Positions 52,675-64,000 of a stretch of 64,000 bases of DNA are shown here, in pieces. The DNA lies in the NCBI RefSeq assembly GCF_009914755.1, contig NC_060944.1, one strand, 5' to 3'. Position numbers and translations under genes: made by a program. This DNA is from the human T2T-CHM13v2.0 reference genome, Homo sapiens. Every line of letters begins with the position of its first letter. The first letter of the stretch is position 1. Below the pieces are notes generated by a model. The model did no database searches and had not been told where the DNA came from. It saw nothing but the letters and a program-made list of their open reading frames with translations.

Positions 52675-54816
52675 CTACACAGGGGCACGGTCAGCACTGG
52701 AGAGAGCACCAGGCCCAGGGCAGGGGGGGTAGGGGGAGACAAGGGGCAGGCCCACAGCTCCTGAAAGCTGGCCTGCCACCTGCCCCACCACCTGCCCTCC
52801 ACCACCACCACGCCAGCAGCAGCTAGAGGGCACTGACTGTCGCTGCCCTAGGCACCTGCCAATGACACCTCAAAACAACCATTTTACAGATGGCAAAGTT
52901 GAGACCCAGAGAGGTTAAGTCCTGGGATGACAGGGGGTCATGCCTTCAACCCAGGAATCAAGCTCTAGTGCTATGTTCTTCATCACTTTCCTATGCTGCC
53001 TCCCCAACCTGAGGGTGGGTTTCTAGATTCACAGGTTATCAGAAAACTTGTCAGTATCTCCATTCCAGCCCAGTGATAAAAGTCTGGTCGTTCTTCCAGC
53101 CAACACTCATAGGACCTGACCCTAATCTCTGCCCACATTTTTCTGTTTTGACCCCCATCTAATTTTGACAACAGCAAATGCTTTTATAGCACCTACTACA
53201 TGCCAGTACGCCACATGAGAAACCCGCAATAATAAGGTGCCATAATTATCCCCGTTTTACAGATAAAGAAACTGAGGTCCAGAGAAGTTCAGTTCTCTGC
53301 CCAAGGTTGCCCAATTGGAAGTGGTGAAACCAGAATTTAGACCCAGGAAGTTGGTTCCATATTCGTGCTCGTGACCACCCCAGCCCTGAGGTCAGGATGT
53401 GGACAACACCCAATTCTAACAACTAAGACCCACTTGGGCCACATCCCCACCCGTGATCCCATGTGCCCAACAAAGACCACAAAGATACTGATCGGCCTCA
53501 CCTAGGCCACATCCCTGAACCCCATCCCAGTCCTGACCACATACTCAGCCCCGATCAATTTCAGAAGTCACAACACTGCCTAACCAGGCCCCCAGTTCAG
53601 TGGTTTATCGGGCCTAATATCATTTTAATAAATGTTGGTGCAACGTTTAGGATCAGAAAATGCCACCTAAAAATCCAGATGTCTAGTTCCTCTAGACAAA
53701 TAATCCATGGATTTGGCCCCGCTGGGCCCATATTCCTGAGAGAGGATGGTGGCTTGTCTTGGGTGGAAGTAGGGAGAAGAGAGGAGAAGCGGATGGGTGT
53801 GACATATATGTGAAAGGCAGAGTTACAGGGACTTGTTGATCTATTGAATTTGGGGAGCAGGTGTTGCAGGGGAGACCAGGGGTGATACGAAGAGTTTGAC
53901 TCTGAGCTGTGGGGCGAAGGGAGGAGCCACTGACTGGTATGTAGCAGTCGAGGGGAAGAGCAGGTTTGGGGCAGAAGGCCGGGGGAAATGAAGAGCTATG
54001 ATTTAGACACAGCAAGTGTGAGCATCTACGACACCTCCAAGTGGCAATTTCAAGTAAGCAGGATACACATTTGGAGAAAACTGAGGCCCAGTTTCCTCCT
54101 CAGTAAAACTGGGAGGTGGGGAGGGTTTTTAGGGTTATATGTCAGATTTTGAAATGTGCTCAAATCCAAGACCTCCTGTAGCATTGCAACCCTCTACAGC
54201 AGGAACTTGGATCCCCATTTATCAGATGAGATCACTGAGGTCTGGAAAGCTGGAGTAACTTGCCCCAAAACACACCAAAGCCTCCTTTTCCCAGCCTGGT
54301 GGTCTCTGCACAAAACAGCCCAGTGCCTCCACACAGTTGTTGCACGCCCACCCCCAAGCCCACCCTCCAATTATATCCAGCCCCTGCACTTCCTCATGTG
54401 AACTGCTTCGGGGGTGCCTGTGCCCAGAGGGACTCCTGACTGAGGTTAATGGGCAGCTCCAATGGACCCTCCTCCCAGAATTAGATTCAGTGAATATCAA
54501 ATAAAACCTCAGGTGGAGGGCACAGGGCTATGCGCAGGAAAGGGGAGCATCTTGAGTCCTAATGCTTAGGGGTGAAGACCTTCGGGCAAGACCCTTCTTT
54601 TGGGCCTCAGTTTCCCCATTTGTCTAGTGGGCAATCTCTGAGGTACCACCAAGTTGGAATAGTCCCAGAGCTCCCTGTCCCTTCAAATACCTGCTTCTTA
54701 CAGCTCTGATCCTCCTGAAAAGGACCCTATGCCCCTTCCCTAGACACAGCCCCCACTCAGAAGAAGCCACGCATAGCTCAGGGATCCCAGGCGAGCACCC
54801 CAAAGCTGCTGCTCAC

Positions 54817-54966
54817 TCTCGCGCTGCTCCCGCTCGCGGATGATGGCATCCAGCCACTTCTGCTTCTCCTCTGCCGTCTTGGCCATGCAGACAAACCACT
54901 TATTCTTGGCCGTGTTGTGGATCTTCCAGCCGTTGGTGACGGTATAGCCGTTGCTATGGTAATCCG
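54817..54966 (-). CDS. PREX1: PREX1 exon 9 (150 nt), PH domain C-terminus
   Basis: cag|CGGAT...GAGA|gtgagc; [50 protein letters not shown]. Confidence 0.96.
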
Positions 54967-55777
54967 CTGGTGGGGGCAGGAGGCAAAGGTGCAGCAGAGA
55001 CTCAGCCGCGTGACCTTCAACACTCCCCATTGCCAAGCCCTTCCGCCCCAGCACAGGCAGGGCCCTCGCCTGGATCAGGATGGGGAGCTGGACTTCCAGC
55101 CCTTCAAACGCTCACTTCTTATCCTTTTCCAGTGGGCAAGGAAGACCTTCTGCAAACAAAGACCCCTCTCAACCACTCAATGACAGGGGGCTTCATTTTA
55201 AGACCTTGCATCTAGGCACAAACACAGCAGTGACTCATGGGGAGACACTTGCTTGGAGCCCCAAAATGCTTCCTGGGCTCCTCCCATCTCACTCGGGCAC
55301 TGGAGTTACTTAAAACCTTAGTGCCAGCCTGACAAGCCAAGTCAAACGTGGGACCCTTACCCAGTGCTGGCTGGGATGGGACCTGGAAAACCTCTCAAAC
55401 AGATTGGCATGATCTAGGGAAGCGAAAGCCTGAATCTGAGGAGGGCTCCACGGGCTTCATGAGACTGCCAAAGGGGACTGTGGCTCAAAACCAAGCAAGA
55501 ACCCCTGCTCTGGACAAGCTCAAAAGCACACATACTAGGAGATGCTCACATGAGCCATCAGTGACTGCATGACTGTGAGTGGTGGCAACAGGCCAAACAT
55601 CCATCACCCAAAGAATGGATGAAGTGTGAAATGTTCACGTGACGGAACACTCTGCAGCAATGGAAACCAACAGGCTGCAAACAGCTACATGCAGAGACAT
55701 GGATGAACCCCACTAACGTGGTGTTGAGTGAAAGCAGTTTGTTTAAAAAAAAATGTAGACCATATTTTCTGGGTGGG

Positions 55778-56059
55778 GAGACTAGGTGTCGCTCTGTCAC
55801 CCAGGCTGGAGTGCACTGGTGAAATCATGGCTCACTGCAGCATCGAACTCCTGGGCTAAGATGATCCTCCCACCTCAGCCTCCACAGTAGCTGGGACCAC
55901 AGTTGCACGCCACCATGTCCAGCTAGTTTTTGTATTTTTTGTAGAGACAGGTTTTCTCCATGTTGCCCAGGCTGGTCTCAAATTCCTGGGCTCAAGCGGT
56001 CTGCCCATCTCAACCTCTCAAAGTGCTAGGATTACAGGCATGAGCCACCACACCCAGCC
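55778..56059 (-). mobile_element. Alu (J-like) within an old L1 3' fragment
   Basis: Alu consensus; flanking repeat gaccatatttt. Confidence 0.85.
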
Positions 56060-56541
56060 GACCATATTTTATGACCATTTAAGTAAAATGGTCATGACCA
56101 TTATATGACCAGGTGGGCTGTATATACATACACATATATAATTACATATATGTAAAGCCACTTAAACATATGTAATCATGTAACCACTTACATAAGGCTC
56201 AAAAATAGAAATTTTAATTAAAATGTTTAGTCATAAATGCTTAGGAGGTAAAAATGTCTTTAAAAAGCAAGAAAATGATCATCACAAAATTCAGACAGTG
56301 GTTACTTCTAGGGGGAAGAAGGCATTGCAAGGAGGAAGGATTTGGGGTGCAGTGTTTTATTTCTTAACTTGAATGCTAACCACCCAGATGTTCGCTTCAT
56401 GCATCTATGCTCTGGGCACTTTTCTGTAGGTAGATTACATCTCATGATAAAAGAAAAAAATATATTTAAATGAAACAGAGAGAGTGCCAGGGAGCAGGCA
56501 GGGCTCAGGCAGGGCTCAGGCAAGGCTGGGGGAGGGGCTAC

Positions 56542-56660
56542 CTGTCCCATCTTCCACATTCTCCACCTCCATGACTTCAGTGTTGATTCGACCCCTGAAG
56601 ATGTAGAGGGAGCCGTTGATGGATTTGGTCCTCTTGGTGGACTTCTTGCTCCCGGTGACC
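56542..56660 (-). CDS. PREX1: PREX1 exon 8 (119 nt), PH domain incl. basic beta3-beta4 loop
   Basis: cag|G GTC ACC...GGG ACA G|gtagcc; [39 protein letters not shown]. Confidence 0.96.
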
Positions 56661-57152
56661 CTGATAGACAGTGAGAAGTCAGTGTCCCCTACACGTCACC
56701 TCCCAGATGCAACTGTTTTCAACAGCGCAAAGGGGAACACAACACTGAGGGGCATCCAGGGGACAGAGAGGAGCCCCAGGTAGGGGTCAGGAGCAGGAGT
56801 GTTTGGCTGGTGCTGGGGTAACTTGAACAAGTCACTTCTCTTCCAGCCACAGCTTTCTCATCTGGAAAACAGGCTAATAGCCTTGCTGACCCCACAAAGC
56901 TACTTTTCAGCTAAAAGGAGACATGGGAGACCAACAGGAGGTAACAGAAACCCATTCTTCTTGGCTAGAAAATGAGGAAAGACCTGTTAAGTTTCTCAAA
57001 GACAGGAACTTCCTGAAATACGACCAGAATGGAAGGAGGGCTTGGAATTGGCAGTCCGTCCATCCATCCATCCATCCATCCATCCATCCATCCATCATCC
57101 ACCTTCCCAGGGTTCAATCATTCACTCGAGTGAATTCTATCATTCACCCACT

Positions 57153-58149
<997 letters not shown>

Positions 58150-58889
58150 GTCACTCAACAAACATCTGGCCAGAGCTTCCTATGAGGAGGATACCAAGTC
58201 AGGAGCCACGGGAAGTCACTCATCTGTGGATCCAACAAGCATGTGGAGAACGCCTACTATGTGCCAGGCACTGTTTTAGGTACTGGGGTTGCACTGCTGA
58301 ACAAAACATCTCTGGGAACTCAACTTCTAACATGGGGTTGGAGGCAGGGCACAGAGACAGTCCCTAAGCAAGGTAAACCATACATCAGGTCAGAGGTACT
58401 AAACGCTCTGGTGAAGATACGGCAGAAAATGAACTCCCAGAGCTCAAAGGCCACTTGGTGGTGTGCACAGGCCTCTGCTCCAGCAGGTAGGCTGTATGCT
58501 CACCAAGAGCCAGTGGGTTTGTTCCCACGCCGACTTGGCTGATGTGTACTTGTTACTGTAAGTGGGTAAATGAAATAGGAGATAGGCTGAGGATTCAGGA
58601 ACGTGGAAGAGACTTATCTCTCTGAAAATTAAGTTGTAAGTGGTGAAGATGTGGGCTTCTGCTGTGTGTGAGATGGGAGCCACGGAGGGTTGGAGCACAG
58701 GCAGAATGGGATGGACTTCAGTTTCAAGAGACTCCCTGTGTCTGCTGGTGGAGAAGGGACTAGAACCAGAGGGGAGACCACTGCAATCAACAAGATGAGA
58801 AAGGATGAGGGTGTGTATGTGTGTGTTTGTGTGTGTATACACACACATATAAACATATACATACATATGTGCATATACATATTTTTGTA

Positions 58890-60620
58890 AACTTTGTATT
58901 AAAGTATAAAATCCACACAGAAAAAAAATGCCCAGAGAAGCATTAATATGGCTCAATTAACTTTTGCAAGTGAACACACCTGTATCAACATGTTTAGCTC
59001 CCCACAGGCACCCCCTTATGCCCCTTTCCCATCACTGCCCTCTTCCCCTGACAAGGGTAACCACTGTCCTGAGTCTAACCCCATAGATTTGCTTTGCCTG
59101 TTTTTGAACTTTACACAAATGGAATCACAAGTGTGTACTTTTGTGTCCAGCTTCCTTCACCCAACCTCATGGCTGTGAGTTACCCGTGCTGCTGGGTATA
59201 GTGACATGGCCAGACATCTGGCTTCCTTCCAGTGTGGTGCTGCTGTGACATTCCTGCACGTGCCTGACAAAGAACATGTGTGTGCATTTCTTTGGGTTAG
59301 ATACCTGAGGAGCTGAATTACTGAGTGATAAGGAATGTGAATGATTAGCTTTAGGAGATACTGCCAAGCTGTTTTCCAAAATAGTTGTACTGATTTTCCC
59401 ATGCCCAACAGTGTAGGAACATTCCAGTTGTCCCACATCCTCTATAACTGGTATTTTATGTCTCATTTTGGCCATTATGGTATGTGTACAGTAGGAGCTC
59501 ATTAATATTTAATTTGTAGTTCCCTGATGAGTAAATAACCTCAACCACTGTATGTTTATTGGCGATCTGGTGCCTTCTTTTGTGAAATGACTGTCCCTTG
59601 TCACTTTTTGTTGAACTGTCTGTCTTTTTCTTAATTACTTATAGCAGAGGTTGGCAATTTTTTTTCTGAAAAGGGCCAAATAGTACACATTTTCAGTTTT
59701 GTAGGCCATATGGTCTCTGTTACAAACTATTCAACTCTGCCCTTATGGCATCAAAGCAGCTAAGACTGTATACAAACAAATGGGCATAGCAGTGTTCCAA
59801 TAAAACTTTATTGACAAAAATAGGCACAGGGCCAAGTCTGGCTACAGAAGGGCCTCTTCATATATTCTGGATGTGAATACTCTGGCCATTATACAAACTG
59901 TAAAGACCTTTTCACAGTCTGTGGCTTGTCTTTTCACTCTCCTTACAGTATTTTTTAATGAAATTCTTAATTACAGTATAGTCTAATGAATTTAGTTCTC
60001 CTTTATAACTATACTCTTTGTCCTGTTTAAGATATTTGCTTACTCCTAAATCATGAAGATATTCTCCCATGCTTTCTTGTAGAAGTGTTATTGTTCTACC
60101 GTTTACATTTAAATCTATAATCCAGCTGAAGTTGATTTTTGTGTTTGGTATGAGATAAGGGTCAAGAATCACTTTTTCCCCCACTGGATATCAAACTGAC
60201 CAAGCACCATTTATTGTACTGCATTGGTGTTTTTGTTGAAATTCAAATGACTGCTTACATGTGGGTCTACTCCTAAACTCACTATTCGATTCCATTACTC
60301 TACGTGTCTGTTTTCATACCAATACCACACTGTCTTAATTACTACGACCTTACAGCAGGACTTGGAATCCAGTAATAACGGTCCCCTAGCTTGACCTTCT
60401 TCATAATTGTCTTAGCTATTTCTATCTCTGGATTTTCCTGTAAATTTTACAGTCAGCTGATCATTTACACACACACACATACATACATACATACATACAT
60501 ACACACATACACACGTACACACGTACACAAACCCCCTCCTAGAGTATTTATTGGAATTGCACTGAGGTTCTGGGCAAAGTTTGATGACAGGATGGAAAGG
60601 ACTTGCTGATGTAGTTGGTA
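58890..60620 (-). mobile_element. Old L1 (L1M-type) fragment, containing a MER58-like element at ~59645-59850
   Basis: T-rich plus strand; ctgccaagctgttttccaaaatagttgtac, agatattctcccatgctttct, ataccacactgtcttaattact motifs. Confidence 0.7.
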
Positions 60621-60639
60621 TGGGGATAATGATAGCTCA

Positions 60640-60836
60640 AAATCAAGAAGATTCTGGCTTCGGCTCCTGGGCAAATTTCTTCTCCTGCCTCCAGACTCAA
60701 GCAGATATCAGCTCTTCCTGAGCCTGCCAATCCTAGGATCAGAACGACACTATTGGCTTGTCTTCAGCTTGCAGACGACAGATCTTGGGACTTGTCAGCC
60801 TCCATAATCACGAGTCAACTGCTTATTATAAATCTC

Positions 60837-60878
<42 letters not shown>

Positions 60879-60912
60879 ATTGGGTCTATCTGGAGAATCT
60901 TGACTTAATACA
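60640..60912 (+). mobile_element. MLT2-type LTR fragment with (CA)n
   Basis: cagcttgcagacgacagatcttgggactt.tcagcctccataatca...ctattgg..ctggagaa...taataca. Confidence 0.6.
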
Positions 60913-61195
60913 AATTTTGGTACCATTTACTGGTAATGAGGAAGATCCAAGGGGCAGAAGTTAAGACAAAAAACAAGAGCCCCTTTAGACACAATTTAAG
61001 TGTGGGCTATGTGTGAGACACCCAAATAAAGATATATGTATTTGTATTTCTTCCACTTGACCACGCACCAGGCCTTATTCTAACCACATTACATGTGTAC
61101 CTTTACATGTTTTACTCTATAAAAACAACCCCATGAAATGAGGACTACTTTTATCCCCATATAACAGGTAGGAAAAGACAGGCGCAAACAGCTGA

Positions 61196-61551
<356 letters not shown>

Positions 61552-63304
61552 CTCTGTGTTCTTAATGGCGACACACTACTGCTGCCTCTAAGATGCTAAG
61601 CAGGTAGTTGAGATGCATGAGACTTTGCTCTTCTGGGTCCTGGTTTCCCCTTCTGGAGGATGGGAGGTGGGTTTTTAAAACACTCCCTCCCGTTTTCCAC
61701 TTCTGACACCCAAGGAGCCTCTGCTTTTGAATTCGCCCAGAAGCACTGTGAGTCAGAGACCTCCCCTGACCCATGTCCTGGATGGGTGGTGCCCTGCATG
61801 ACCCAGGCAAGGACAAACACAGTCAGCAGTCACCAAGTCACTCCAGGCATTGCCTGCACCCACATCAGACTCAGGTGGGGAGATCCACCCACCATTGCCC
61901 AATCTCCTGGGCCTCTCAGAGCTCAGCCCTCTGGCTCTCCATCCAGAGGCAGGAATGCTGGCCGCCTGCCAGCTTCTCTCAAGAGACACATGCGCCCTTT
62001 CCCTGCAGCCAGCCCAGCTCACTTGTGGAAGTGAGGTGGGGAATGGCCTTGAAAGAGCTCAGGGTGCCCACAAGGAAGGCCCCAGGGAGCCCACTTGGAA
62101 TCCAGTATCAGAATCAGCTGCTGTCCCTGCACAGGTGAGACGGCCCCAGAGGAGGCAGAGCCTGCACCCGGAAGCCAAAGGTTGAGTAAACTCATCTAAA
62201 AGTTGGGAGCAGGTCACAGAGGCCTAAAGGGACGTTCTGTTTTCCAAACCCCAGTGTTCTGGGAAAAGTGCCTGCTCCAGACTGCTTGGGGCAGAGCGGC
62301 GGGGCAGGGCTCAGGGTGGACATTGGCAGCAGCCCTGAAACTACCCAAGAAGGACTCTGAGGACAGCCCCAGAGAGACCAGAAAGGAGGCAGGGAAAGAG
62401 AAGAAGGGGGCGTTCATGAGGGGACAGCAGGACGTGAGATAGACAGACCTCAAGGAGTGGGCGAGAATGAAGGAGCAAATGAGAAAGAGCCATGCTGAGC
62501 CAGCCACTGGGAGATAGCGGAAGCAGGAGGTCCAGGCCCTCACAGGAAGGGTCAAGCCCAGAACAGGGGGGAAAGGGCAATGGGGAAGGGCCTGTGGTTT
62601 CAGAGCCTCCTGTGCACCAGGTGCTGTACCTGTGCGACCACACCAGAGCCAAGTTAACAACAATGGTGCTGGCAGCTACTGTGCTGTGCACCCACTATGT
62701 CCCAGGCACACTCACATATCTGATCTTCCGTGGTCCTAAGAGGTACATACGATCATTCACTCTGTTTTACGGATGAGGAAACTGAGGCACAGAGAGGCAA
62801 AGTCACAGAGCTACAAAGGAGGTTAAACGGGGATCCAATGGCGGGCCTAGCTCTTAACCAAACACTACTACAAGGAGGGGCTGATCGTCTCACTTTACAG
62901 AAGAGAAAACGAAGGCTCAGGGAGGCCCTCTAGAGGAGGAGGACAGTGGGAAGCCCACACACGGGCGTGGAGCATCCATTACTCATCCAGTGGTAAGGTT
63001 TCTCACCACACCTTAGGAGGCCAGCACAGACAGACAAGGAAACTGAGGCTCAGAGACGGTCAGTGGCATGGCCTAGGACACAAAGCAAGTTACAGGAAAA
63101 TGCTGAAAGTAGGGCCTAAGACCTGGACCTCAGGCCTCAGCTCTAGTCTTTGCTAGACAGAGGAGTTAAGAAGCCTCTGGAACATCACTATTTTGTTCCT
63201 AAGACAAAGTAACAGCAAAGAGAATTTGAAAAGTGCTGCAGGGGTCAGCTGAGACCATCCTATACCTGCTGAACATGAAAACTTAAGGTCAGGAATCTCT
63301 CTGT

Positions 63305-63970
63305 GCCAATCCACCCACCCACCCATGCATCCAACCATCAGTTCCCACCAGCTACTACAGTCATCCAACCCCCACATCCATCTCCTAATTTCCCCTCTCT
63401 CCAATCATTCACCCATCCATTCACTCAGTAGTCCAACTGTCCCACTTTCCCTCCCAGAGCCCAACCACTTCGGCAACTATCAACCAACCACTTACCCATC
63501 CATCAACATGCCAACCAATTGGCCATCCATCTACTAATCTCCAAACCTCCGTCACCAACCCACCTTCCCAATTATATAACCACCCAGCCTTCCATCCATC
63601 TATCCATTCACTCAACACACCATACCTGAAGGCCCCAATCTACCATTCATCTAGACACATATCTGCCAGTCTTCATATCCATTTCTCTAACTGCCTGAAT
63701 ATCCACACATGCCCCCAGCTTTCCATCTATTCCTCCATCCAGCCATCTCCTAAACCTCCAAGCATTCAAACACTCATTCACTCACACACACGTCAATTCC
63801 AACATCCGTCCACATTCCTTCCTTCCCTCCCTGCCTCCTTCTACCATCCATTCACCTCCCAAACCCCCAGCCATCTGCGCCTCATCCCGTGTGCCCACAC
63901 AACCCGTCACCACACTTCCCATCACACATGCACCTGCCTCCATCTACCTACTCAGCCAACCATCTACTTA
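63305..63970. repeat. Degenerate (CCAT/CCAC)n low-complexity tract
   Basis: Directly visible. Confidence 0.7.
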
Positions 63971-64000
63971 CTCCTAGACTCTACAGAGCGCAAGAAGCAC

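Overview
Human (or very closely related great-ape) genomic DNA lying entirely inside the PREX1 gene (PIP3/Gbetagamma-activated Rac GEF) on the minus strand. I located 25 consecutive coding exons (numbered 8-32 from my recollection of the 40-exon gene). All have GT-AG boundaries and consistent phases, and they join into 3250 nt of open frame, about residues 306-1389: C-terminal PH domain, DEP1, DEP2, PDZ1, PDZ2 and most of the IP4P-like region. The introns contain ordinary mammalian repeats (over 20 Alus, MIR, MER20/MER58/MER102 DNA transposons, MaLR LTRs, old L1, microsatellites). I see no new gene system. The most unusual items are: (i) a ~30-copy 28-bp VNTR amplified from the Pol III B-box segment of a MIR, with a TAATCC motif in every unit; (ii) an intron-22 donor and branch site that resemble U12-type signals; (iii) three codons that differ from the canonical protein as I recall it (M659 at the first base of exon 18, H786, I1240); (iv) an inverted AluY pair enclosing exon 15 and the VNTR. 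Repeat family calls are by eye and their ends are approximate.
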